64,000 nucleotides of DNA from Yuukianura sp. NJ FZ-2021 (taxonomy: Eukaryota): assembly GCA_046563655.1 (NCBI GenBank), contig CM102289.1, positions 5,332,001-5,396,000 of the forward strand, given 5' to 3'. Positions within the stretch are counted from its first letter, which is position 1, and every line of letters starts with the position of its first letter. The notes beneath the pieces are model-generated. The model was not told the DNA's origin and made no database searches. It saw only the letters and a list, made by a program, of their open reading frames with translations. The position numbers and the translations under genes were made by a program. Below are positions 37,101 to 48,015 of this stretch, in pieces.

Positions 37101-40100
37101 TAACTTGTTGTATGCGGAGCAGCTTTATTCAAAAAACCCTCTGTATGTTTATATTCAAGAAGCTTTTTTTCCTCCCTCTTTACTCAAGGATTAAATAAAC
37201 AACAGGCAGAAAGCTCGAGTTTATGAATTGGTTCCGCACAAAATTTCCCGCCCTCCAGGGAACGTTTTCATCTTTTCCCAAAATTCAAAATTCCCACAAA
37301 TAACCTCAAGGTATACATACAACGAACGCATTACGTTACGTACGGGCACTACTTTAAGTTTGACTTAAACCGTAGTTTCTTCATCCTCTTAATTTCCGTT
37401 GGGGTTGGCGGCACTTTTCAAAAATCTTTTCAAATCATCTTTGCCTGGCTTCTCTTTTTGAATGAATGGTGGTGAAAGTTATAATTCCCGCAAGGAGAGA
37501 GGTGAAAGTGGAAATCCGCTGAACTTTCCCCTGCTAAAAGTGTGATTCATTTCCTCTCCTTTTCAATTCTTGCCTCATTACACTCTTAGCAGCATTAAGT
37601 CAAACTAATCTGGCTCTTTTGCTGGGGAAAGTAAAGTCGTTTCCTACCAAAAAGCCCGTCTTTTGAGAAACCTTTTAAATTTAGAAGAGCGCGTTTTTTG
37701 AAAAGACTTTTCTCCGTCTCTCTCGTCACCTTTTATGAGTGAAAAGTGGAGAAAGTTAGTGGTGCAAAGACTTATTTTTCAAAATATTTTATAATTTGAC
37801 TTATGATTTTCACCACTTAAGGGCGTTGACAAGTAAAACTTAGAAAACTTAAATGAATGGGGTCCATGAAAGCAAAATTTTGAAATAAAAGAAAAAGTTT
37901 AAAAGGTGTTAGAAAAAAGTGGAGGTTCCAAAAGTCGAAAAACTTTTTCTGAAAACTTGTTTTCGCACGCCAAAATTTAAAAAAGGCTTCGCTTGAAGCG
38001 ATTTTTTGCTTTGGGGGAAGAATCGAGAAAAAGTAGAGCTTTTTATAAACGGTATTTACTGAAAATTTTTAAAAGTAAAAAAAACATTTAGAAAATGTTT
38101 CTACTTTTAAAAAAGTAAATAACTTTTCGTTTCGTGTATTGGAATAGATTGGTTAGTGAGATTTTTGCACGTTTCTTCCTCCGAAGTCCAATGTTTAATT
38201 TCCGTTGGAACGAACGTGCTTAGAAAGTACAAAAATAATTCTTTCCATTTTCTCACTTTCTCCCGCTTTTTCAAAAAAAGGTGAACAAAAATGTATCGCT
38301 TTTTGTTGTGAGTTTTTTTTTTCAGTTTGAAATACAGTGCTGTCATTGCCTTCTTGTTCAATTCCAACCTTTAAGATTCTATTTTATTAACTGCTTGTAG
38401 AAAATAGATAACTCTATTCACTATATTATTTGTGTCGGATATTCAGAAATTGAAAAAAAAAACTTTCTTTTTTAAATTAAAGAGCGGTATTTTTAAATTT
38501 CAAAAAATGTTGTCAGAGGAAGGAAATTTACTTTCCCTCAAACCCAAATGCACTCAAACTGTTCAACTGGAAATTCCTGGGAGTGATGGCGGGAAAAGTG
38601 GTTCCTTTCCAAAAAGTACCAAAATATGAAAAGTCTTAGCGGCCAGCTTTCAAAAAGCTTCCTCATCTTAAAGTGAAAGCAATGAAAGGAGAGAGTGCAT
38701 TTTTGGGACACAGGCGTTCCACTCCAGCAGAACTTTTCAAAAAAGGAAACCAAAAAGTTACGTGCTTTTAGCATACTTTAAGCTTTTTTCCAGAAAGAGC
38801 TTCAAAATTTTAAAAAAAGTTAAAGTACGAAAATAATTTTTAATTGACTTTTGATTTTTTCCCTTCTATACTAACTCCGGTAGCAGTTTCGCTCTGTTTT
38901 CTGCTGAGGTGTGCTCAGATTTCCGTTGCGTTCTGAGGAATAGTGTGACTGCTGTTGATCTCTGGATGACCTTAATGAAAAAGTGCGGAAATGAGTTTGA
39001 CCTTTCATAAAATCCAATCCTTAGGTCATGTTTCATATCGCTCATAAAAATTGTCCAAGGTTTAACTCCTGTGTGTCCAACCGAAACAACAGAAAGGCAC
39101 AAGGCCTTCAGAACTTGGTTTTCTCCTGCTTGTCCTGTCCTCGCTTTCTCTTCATCTCACCGATCCGAAAATGTCAGAGACGGGCACTGCTAAGAAAAGA
39201 AATCTCGTGAGAAATGCAGGAGAAAATTAATCTCAGCTTCAATTTATCCTTGTCAGCAACCGAATCTAGCTCCACTTTCTACTTTAGTTTTGAACCCGCC
39301 TTTCCCTCTCTCCTGGATTCAATTCTTCAGAGTCTTAGTTTATGAACAGACTCCAAATTCCGAGAAATTGTAAACCGTGCTTCGCAAGTCTCTCATTCTG
39401 AAAAAATAAGGTTATACTTGTACAGTGACCTTTCGGAACGCTTCTATGAGAAAAATAAGCTAATTTTTTTTAAATTCTCACCTCATGCCCAAGATTTAGC
39501 CTGTAAATTGTGAGGCTCCGTCTATAATGTCAGGAGTACTGAAAGCGACGCAGCGTGCTGACACTGTTGCCTCTCGTTGAAATGCATTCCTTTGCAATTT
39601 TTCCCGCCAAGAGAAATGAGCCTGACTGAAGGAAAGACTTCAATTCGTGACACAACGTGACTTGGGTTCGATTCCTGGAGCCGTTGAAGAAGGTTCATTA
39701 TTATTGATTGTCTGTCTATTCTTCCTGTTGGATTTTGGCAGAAGAGGAATCCGTGACAAACTCCTTAGCAAAAATCACAAAATACGACACCTACACGGAG
39801 ACATAAATTTTGAACGAATGACCAATCCTACCTTTTTTTTAAATATACATAAGATTTCATTTTTAGAAATTTTTTGAAATCTCCGAAATACGTGGTTGTT
39901 CACCGTTTGTACTGCCTGCCTGCAAAATAAATGAGATTTTGCGTTTAAGAGTTTCTACGTGTGCAAGATGCGTTTCTATTCTTAACTTATTCAATTCATC
40001 TTCCGGAAAAAACGCGCCAGCAAATGAAAAAAAGTGAAAGGTGAAATATGCATTTTATTTTGTATTCATTGGCTCTCAAAAGGACTTCCTCTTCCTCTGC

Positions 40101-43100
40101 TGGCTTTCACTAATAAGCTCATCCTCTGGATTTAACAAAACTTGAATTCCTCTACTACTTGAATTTAGAAAAGTTTTTTAGTTAAAAGTTTTTTTTTTCT
40201 TAACAGTTGTGGAATGGGAAGGAGAGACGCTTCCGCTTCGACCACTTACCAAATCTGACAACGGAGCATTCCTTTGCATTGCTTCGAACAATATTCCACC
40301 GTTGGTGAGCAAGAGGGTCATGGTCTACGTCCAATGTAAGTCACTCACATGCTGAAAAATACAGAGCATTTTTTGAAAAACTCAAAATTGGGGGAAAAGT
40401 TTTAACGTGAAAAGTCCACATACCTACTTTTAAAAAGTCGAGAAGTACCGCAGATTCCGTCAATTTTGATTTTGATTTTTTAAAATTCGCTCTGTGCATT
40501 GATCCCACTGCTAAATATTGCTTTACCGTCATTAATCCAAGCCTAAGGAAGATGTCAAAGTATCAATTAATAACCTTAGCGTTGGAGCTGAGCCAGATAC
40601 AACACAGATAGGATTGAATGGAGGGAGACTTTGAAATTTCTTTCCTGTCGTGAAAATTTTGAAACTTTTTAATGAATCTTGAAAATTTCCTAAGAAAAGG
40701 TTCGACAAGGATGATTCAATTAAAATTTCCCGGGTGAAAGTAGCTGTTGAACATCCTCCTTTTCCTGGTTCATCCCTTGTGTAAAGTCATTCAGAAGAGT
40801 GAAGAGGCGGAGATTGATTTTCCCTGAAGATTTTCAATAGAAGTGTGAGAAGATCAATTTAAGATGTAGCGTTCCAGATTAGACTTTTTGACACCTTCCA
40901 GGCGGATCCCTGGATATCCAAAAGGAGAGTTAGTGTGAAAGTTCTAATAAGAATTATTTCCGCCTCTTCCCATTAGCTTTCGGATCCTCCCGCCCATTAA
41001 AAGTCTCCCGTCTTAACTTTCTCCTTTCACTTTTTTCTCCAGTTAAACCATTAATCAAAGTGTCGAATCAACTGGTTGCTACTCCAGCGGAAATGAATGT
41101 CACACTTTTCTGTGACGTCGAGTCCGTTCCCAAGCCCTTCATTTCATGGACGACCAAAGAAGGTAAGTTCCAAAACAAAATGAAATATTTTTACCAGCTT
41201 TCATTTTCTTTGTATTTTTTTTAGCAAAACTTTTTGGTCACAATCCTTCTGTTTGTGTTGTTTGAAATTTTTGACCACAAGTAAAGAAAGGTTTATGAGG
41301 AAAACTGTCGGAAGCAGTTGGGTCGTAAACTGTTGAGAAAAGTATAGAAATTGCGGCGGCCAAGTTTGAACCATCAATTAAATTACAAGTTGTTTTACAT
41401 GCAGTGAAGTGGAAGATAGGAGGGCTACTTTTACTCTTGACGTGAAACCTTCATGTTCACCACGTTCACGTCGTTTGGCGGTGAAAGTGAACGTGAAAAG
41501 CGAAAGTTTGCAACTTTCACCCCGATCGAAAACGAGCCGAAAGGGAGAAAGTCAGACTTCATCCCCTGCCATTACACCTGGATTTCAGAAATTTCCTATA
41601 AAAATTTTGGCAATACGGAAAACTTTCATTTTGAGAATTCATGGAACAAAATTTTTTGAAAAATTTGTCATTAAGTACAAATAACATTCCTGTTCCGGAT
41701 GGATTGTTCAAAACTTGGAAAAATTCCTGAAAATATTTTGAATCGGTGCGATATTAACTTTTCGAAATATTTCTCGCTTATTCCAAATTTGTTGCGTGGG
41801 TGTATTGAAGTTGCGGAAATTGGTTGAGAATGCCCTTAACAACGGAAGAATTCTTGTGACTTTGAGATTGTGTCGAAGTGTACCTTGAAGATGATACTTT
41901 GTGCCAAAGTAATAACAAGGGAGGATAACGAGGAATCAAAAGTCTGTGACTCCATCACTTTCACTTCTTCCGAAGTCAATCCGAAAAAGTGGAGAAAATA
42001 AGAAAGTGATATCAATTTGACTCCAATTTCTTTTGGCGCCAAGATCTCAAGGGTAGGGCAAGAGACGAGTTTAGGAAATTGAAAAAAAACCGGGGTGGGA
42101 GAGAACACGGGCGGGGAATTTGATGAATCAAAGAAAATGTTCAACCAAAGAAACATGGAAAGAAAAATCACTCAATTTCTTCAACGCAAAAGAAGAATTC
42201 TGTTTCAGTTCTTGACACGAACCTGTTCGTAAAGAGGTCAAAGGTCACCTTGGTCGTACAAAGCAAATGTGGATTCTTAATTTTTACAAAAACATTTATT
42301 TAGAACAAGTTATGCAAAATTTCTGAATTCTTTCTCTCAATTTCCGAGTTAAATAAAATTAACCTAATTAATTTCAAAAAGAATAACCTAGCAACTAGAG
42401 CGGGTATTTTCAAAATTTGAAATTCTTGGAGCGACGCAGGTGGTTTTCCGCTTTTCTCCGTTTTCTTCGCGCCTTTTCACAAAGTGAAAACAATGAAATC
42501 TTAATTTCCTCATTTTATTCTCTCACCCTCTTCAAACTTTCCCCCGCCTGCTTTCCTCACTTCATACTTTATTTTCTAACGTAAGAGCTACAAAATGTTG
42601 CTAATTTCTCATAAAAAATCTGTTTAGTCAAAATCTTGAATTTTTAAAATCTAACTGCAGGCCTAACTTTTTTTAAAATTTTAAAGTTAAGAGAAAGTCA
42701 AGGTGTAAGGCTCCGCTTTCCCAAAATTTTCTTTCATCTCGATGTTATTTTCTCTGCGAGAAATGAATGGGGCGCGTGCCTTTGTTCAGGAATTTCGCCT
42801 CTCCTTGGATAATGGATAAATAAAAGTCGTTTTAAATTCTCAATGAGTAGTTTACACACGGTGCGGCGCGGCGCTTTTAAACTTCAAACGCTCCACGGTC
42901 ATTGGTGCTTAGCACAGCAGTCAACGTCTTTATAAAATTCAACGGTTTTCTGCCACTACCACTATACTAAATCCCTACTGGGTTACAATGGGTTCAGGCG
43001 AAGTGACTTTCTTTAATGAGAATTGTCTCAAATGGCCCCGCTTTCTCTTTCTTCTAGGTTGAAAAACGATTCAAAAACTTGGTAGTGCGCACCATATGCT

Positions 43101-44109
43101 TTACAGTCCAAATCACCCAGCAGTTTTGAAAATGCTAACTTTCTCTTTCAGTTTAAGAAAAGAGGAAAATAAATGTTATATTTGTTCAGGTCAATTGATC
43201 ATGCCCACGGAGTCCAAGTACTTGCTGAGCATGGAGACGCTGAATGACTACACTGTTAGAGCCAAACTTACCATTCTTCGACTCCATCCCGACGATTTTA
43301 CAGACTACAACTGTTCAGCACGAAACACACTCGGAGAAGATGGCGGAATTATTAAGCTCCAGCGTAAGTTTTCTCCCTTTGACTTTCTCGGACTATCCAA
43401 AACACGTAGAGATCAGAGGAGGCCTTTGAATTCCTTCAAAGAATTCATAACCTTTGTTCTACAGCGTCTCAAAAAAGAGCGCGTGGTTTTAATTAAAATG
43501 GATACAGTCCTTGTCCAGCCAAGGAGTTCTCGTCTGCGTGCCGTTTCTGGAAGCTGCAAAAAGAAAAGAGAAACTTTTCCAGAGTTTGACCACGGAGAAA
43601 GTCTTGATTAATCAAATTATTTTTGCTTGTTTTCTCCCCTGTACATTCTAGGAATCCCACCCCCTACCATAAAGACCACCACGACCCCAGCTACTCATCA
43701 TCAACTCAAGCATCAATCCAGGGAACACGACAGACAAGATGGGGTCAAAGGTCACGGGAAAGGTCACAGGGGAAAGGGGGGACGGGGTCGAGGTCACGGT
43801 AGAGGTCACCAGGGTCAGCATGAAGACCTGTACTACGACCATGAACTGGAGCAAGGAATGACGACAATCACTCCCATGGTGAACGGAGGTCAAGAATTGG
43901 GTGGTGCTCAGCAAGGGGTGGACAGGGGTGGGGGTCAAGGTCAAGAGCCACGCGGGGCTACAACCCCCTCCACACCTTGGGGAAGAAACAACTACTGGGG
44001 AAATAAAGTGGAGAAGAACAGTGGTGCTGGAAGTAGTGCTAATGTCAGATCAATGATCAAGGTCATGTTGACCTTGACCTCCACCTTTTACATGTTCAAA
44101 ATCATGTGA
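28176..44109 (+). CDS. Lachesin/DIP (IgLON-like) three-Ig-domain cell-surface protein, likely GPI-anchored (10 coding exons: 28176-28272, 34154-34210, 34341-34390, 36361-36431, 36510-36624, 36689-36884, 40207-40335, 41043-41162, 43190-43363, 43652-44109)
   Basis: Signal-peptide exon. Ig1: [17 protein letters not shown]...[25 protein letters not shown]. Ig2: [17 protein letters not shown]...[15 protein letters not shown]. Ig3: [15 protein letters not shown]...[15 protein letters not shown]. Then a low-complexity stalk and a hydrophobic C-terminus. All phases fit. A probable non-coding first exon ends at the CAG|GTAAG donor at 25447. Confidence 0.9.
34407..34649. repeat. Cluster of perfect palindromes/hairpins in intron 3 of the Ig gene
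   Basis: 18-bp palindrome at 34422-34439, 12-bp palindrome at 34449-34460, 14-bp stem with 6-nt loop at 34492-34525, and 14-bp stem with 2-nt loop at 34620-34649. TGGTACT(T/C)AT is repeated at 34407, 34466 and 34568. Confidence 0.85.
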
Positions 44110-44578
44110 CATAATATTTAAATGGCGGATTTTCTAGCTTTGAGTTATACCTTCTTCAAAAGTTTTTAGTCCTAGTTTTGACTTTTTAGAAAAGTTTTTT
44201 TTACTTTTGTTTAAAACAAGCCCTTATTGTTCGATTTTGCTCAAAACAGAATCCTACACTCAAAACTTGAATAGTTTTTTATTTATACAATCTCAAAAAA
44301 AAAATGTGGACAGGTCAGTTTAGAATTTATGGTAAACGTACGGTTTTCAAAAAAACGAAAAAAAAACAGCCCTCACATATCTGTAATTTCTTTTTAAGGA
44401 AGTGGTACGTTAGTTACTGGACAGCGAATTGGGGTAGTTTAGAAGATCAATTTTGACACAACATTGGATTTGTAATTACTCAATTACCCTTACCGTTGTA
44501 ATTACAATTTAAATAAACTGGAATTCCATTAACTTTTAGATAGAAGTAATTTATAACTAACATAACTTTCAAAATCTG

Positions 44579-45934
44579 CTAAACTTCAAATTCAGACATT
44601 TCTTTCGGTTTCTCTGTCCAACCAATCAGTAGCTCCCTCTTTATCTTCGTCCAATTCTTGACGTAGCTTGAATTCAATAATTTTGCGTCACAGTATTTTC
44701 CAGTTTCTGGAAATTCTAAGCCACAGAGTCGTGCAACTTCTTGGAACTTTTGAAATAACCGCCTCCGGCAAATGTCAACTTCTGCTGCGTGCGTTCCAAG
44801 CTGTCTTTTGGTGACACCTTGCTTGTAGCCATTGACACTCACTTGACCTCGCTTAGGGCCATGTCGCATGAAGTCTTCCACTGACCAGATAATACTTCCT
44901 GGAGCTGGATTTCCTCCTGGCGTACATCCTTCTTTCTTCTTGAACACGTTTAGTTGGCTTTGACCTATAGCTGGACAACGGTAGTTTTCAAAATCTGGAA
45001 TTTGATCTGGCTTGACCTCGAACCGCTCAAATACTGCTCTCTCCAATGCCTGCTTGTTGAATGGAACTTGACCTCCGATGGTAATGGACGCGAAACGCAC
45101 AGGGCTGGGAACGAGATGGCCCAAAAGTGCACCCTGTAATCCCAGCATGTTCCATTTGGCCAGCTTGTCACTGCAAGACATTGAGAGGGTAGGATCACCT
45201 TTCCCGGGCTTTACTCGACATCTTCCTGCTGCTTGAATGTTCTCATAAGTTTTAGCACCCGGAAAAAGTTTGGCTCCCGTTCTGTTACCACCAACTCCGT
45301 CAATGATAAAAGTAGTGCGTGATTCTGAAGAGTCTTCAGCTTCACCAATTTCGTCTGGTTCTGGAAGATTCAACTTTTGTTTCTTACAGGATGGCTCTTG
45401 ATCGGATAAAGTTCCTTCATCCTCTTCTGTTGCATCGGTGGAACTAAAAATACAAGAGTCGCCACATGGAAGTTGACTAATGAACAAATGAAAAGTAATT
45501 CCAGGTACCAGAACAAAAGTCATCAAGGAATCATTGTTGACCGGAGAAAAGTTTTTCATAAAAATTGAATCTGGAGAAGACTTGCAAGAAATAATGATTT
45601 GATCGTAGAGGTAGTTCAGCAATACACGTCTGGCTAAAACTTCGGCATGGGAGTCACTCAGCTTGTCACCTTTTGGACTCAACTCGGTGGCTCCCAGGCA
45701 CTTTGTGCCAGTACATATGGAAATAAGTTTTAGTGGAGGCGGCTCATTGCTGTTACACGGAGTTGTAGAGGCTTGTGCTTGAATAACGGCTGCCAAAGTT
45801 GTCCATTCTTTACCGTCTTCTAGAGGCTTCCCTTTCTTGGGCAAAACGTTATGGTAGTTAGAAAAAACGAGATTAGCAATTGAGTCATGAAGTTTTTGGT
45901 TTTGAGCAGAGACACTCTCACTTTCAGTCGTCAT
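44579..45934 (-). CDS. ADAT1: tRNA-specific adenosine deaminase 1 (A37 editing of tRNA-Ala); intronless
   Basis: N-terminal LPKKGKP..KEWTTLAAVI, CTGTKCLG, zinc/catalytic DSHAEVLARR, PCGD and SMSCSDKLAKWNMLGLQGALL. No dsRNA-binding domains, so ADAT1 rather than ADAR. The first ATG is at 45934; the ORF track's 45940 start is a TTG. Confidence 0.93.
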   Translation of the reverse strand: MTTESESVSAQNQKLHDSIANLVFSNYHNVLPKKGKPLEDGKEWTTLAAVIQAQASTTPCNSNEPPPLKLISICTGTKCLGATELSPKGDKLSDSHAEVLARRVLLNYLYDQIIISCKSSPDSIFMKNFSPVNNDSLMTFVLVPGITFHLFISQLPCGDSCIFSSTDATEEDEGTLSDQEPSCKKQKLNLPEPDEIGEAEDSSESRTTFIIDGVGGNRTGAKLFPGAKTYENIQAAGRCRVKPGKGDPTLSMSCSDKLAKWNMLGLQGALLGHLVPSPVRFASITIGGQVPFNKQALERAVFERFEVKPDQIPDFENYRCPAIGQSQLNVFKKKEGCTPGGNPAPGSIIWSVEDFMRHGPKRGQVSVNGYKQGVTKRQLGTHAAEVDICRRRLFQKFQEVARLCGLEFPETGKYCDAKLLNSSYVKNWTKIKRELLIGWTEKPKEMSEFEV

Positions 45935-47375
45935 TGTCAAACACTTTCTTCTTTCCTTGAAATGTAGTTAGCGCCACAGCTTGTCGTTTCTTGGCTTCCC
46001 AAGATGGGTGAAGTTTTTCCGCAGGTTGAACTGGAACGTCTGAAAAAAATAGTTGTTACGAATAAATTCATTCAAATAAGCAGGTTCCGATACAAATAAG
46101 TTCCCGCAGACCAACCTGGTTTTGGCCTTGATCCAACTGGAAATTGATTGGCACCAGACGAGCGAGAGTATTGTGATTTGTTGAAGTTTTTGTCTTTCCA
46201 ATTATCGGTACTTTTCGATCTTTTATCAAATCGTGGTGGCTTTGAAACAAGTTTCCCTTTACGGAATATAGGTTTTGATTCAACGGATGGATCCTTGGGA
46301 CGTCTCGCCTTCTCGACAGTTTTGGTCTCCTTGGCGGCTACAGGTTCGTCAACACCACCGAGAAAAAATGAACTCCTTGGTATTCGCTTTGGTGGAGCTG
46401 GTACTTCGCCTTCGTCTGTAGTTGTGCCGGCTTTGGGTTGATCAGCTGTTGTAGTACTTTCGTGGAGTTTTCGTTTCTTTGATTCTTTCGGTTCAGCCTC
46501 TTTATCCAAATCTGACAAATCTTTTAGAAGTTTTATGGTAAGAGCTCCTTCTACTTTGTTAATGGGAACTGGAGCTTTGGGAGTCTTCTTCGCTTTGGTA
46601 GATTTGGATAGTAGTGGGCCCGGTTTTACAGTTTCGGCTTCTGGATCAACTGTGTCAGAGTCCGGTAATTTTCCTTTCTTTGCTTCCGCTTTTAATTTCT
46701 CTTTCTTTTCTAGTTTCTTTGCAGTCAATTTTTGCTTGGCTTTGCTCTTTTCCAAAAGGACAGGAATTTGAAGAGCCCAGTGTGGATTTTGATTATGATA
46801 TTGTTTCACCGCCGACCGTATAGAAGGATGGTGACTGAGACGAGCTAAGGCTCTTGTTTTGCTTGTGATTTCTGGATTCTTAACGTGTTCCTCGTAGCTA
46901 AGTTTGTCTTGAAGCGCGAATATGGAAACCTCGTCCCTTCTCAGCCCCTACAATAAGATATTCATCCAACTTAAACTATAAAATCCAACATTATTTCATA
47001 TTGAGAAAAAGCTTTAAGATCTACCTTTAAAATGTTTATGTCTTCTACCAATCGGTCAGCCTTACGTTGTGCTTTCTGCACTTCACTCTCTTCTCCCTTA
47101 CGTTGACGTAGCTTGGCAATTTCTTTTGTCAATTTGTGGATTACCCGAACTCTTGATTGTTGAACCCATTTACGCATTGACACGATCTAAAAGTTTGCAA
47201 ATTATGTATTGAAATGCTACCATATTATTAACCCAATTCAGTGTCAAGAAACTTATGTAGTTAGAATTCCAGATAGCAAAAACTAACTCACATGATTATT
47301 CAGCTCTTCTTTTTTAGTCAGTTTATGTTGCTGAGAAGGATGCTTTGATTTAGAATCATGATGTTCCTGTTCCAT
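45924..47375 (-). CDS. SRFBP1: Serum response factor-binding protein 1 / BUD22-domain ribosome biogenesis factor (4 exons: 47375-47292, 47186-47025, 46947-46116, 46039-45924)
   Basis: N-terminal ELNNH|IVSMRKWVQQSRVRVIHKLTKEIAKLR, a lysine-rich middle, and C-terminal LHPSWEAKKRQAVALTTFQGKKKVFDNDD* (BUD22-type LHPSW...FQGKK..FD). Introns are in phase. Confidence 0.9.
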
Positions 47376-47852
47376 TACAATTCAAAATCAAACTAAATTT
47401 AGCCTCATAAACGATGACGTGAATGAGAATCAATTAAGTTACTCACTAATCGATTAGAAATTTCCGAACACAAACTTTTTGTTGTTACGCAGTTTACAGA
47501 AAGCAGCTGATAAAAACAAGCGTGTTGGAGTCCCAATGTAATTTTCGCGGGGCTATTTCTTGCATCCCGAATTTCAGTTTTAAATAGCGTTATGGGTTAA
47601 TTTGTTTCGAACAATAACAAAACTAATCAACAACATCAGTTAATTAATTAACTTACTCATTTATTCAACATTGGTCAAATTATTATACAATGAAGGTTAG
47701 CGGGTAACTTTGTTTTAAAATATATTTCTGAGTAACTACTATCCTTCACATAATTTTTTATACTTTTCCTTTATGTTTTAGTATACATAGACTTTGTTTT
47801 GTAAGTTTTCGCCAAAAGGTCAAGTTGAAGCTGCATAGCAATAGATTACAGC

Positions 47853-47981
47853 GGAAGCACGCCATTAGTTCAAATTTGAATTGGTTCAAGAGCTAAAATG
47901 GTATTTTAGGTTAGGTTATTGAACTAATTTTTTGAACCATTTGGTTTTGAACCAATTCAATTGAACCAATGGCATGAAACC
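47853..47981. mobile_element. 129-bp MITE with imperfect TIRs and 8-bp target-site duplication, in the galactokinase 3' region
   Basis: Left end GGAAGCACGCCATTAGTTCAAATTTGAATTGGTTCAA versus the reverse complement of the right end, GGTTTCATGCCATTGGTTCAATTGAATTGGTTCAA. Flanked by the direct repeat ATTACAGC at 47845-47852 and 47982-47989. Internal TTAGGTTAGGTTA. Confidence 0.8.
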
Positions 47982-48015
47982 ATTACAGCGCAGCGTTGAG
48001 GAAGTATAGAAGGTT

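Noticed and set aside
39620..39690. tRNA or tRNA-derived SINE suggested by GGTTCGATTCC (B-box) at 39665-39675
   Set aside because: No clear A-box or cloverleaf stems; tRNAscan-SE or a copy-number search would be needed.
25500..43000. Numerous 60-120 aa ORFs in the Ig-gene introns
   Set aside because: F/K/L-rich translations typical of AT-rich non-coding DNA; no transposase or reverse-transcriptase motifs recognised.
44579..45934. ADAR rather than ADAT1
   Set aside because: No dsRNA-binding domains, and the N-terminal LPKKGKP/EWT motif is ADAT1-like.
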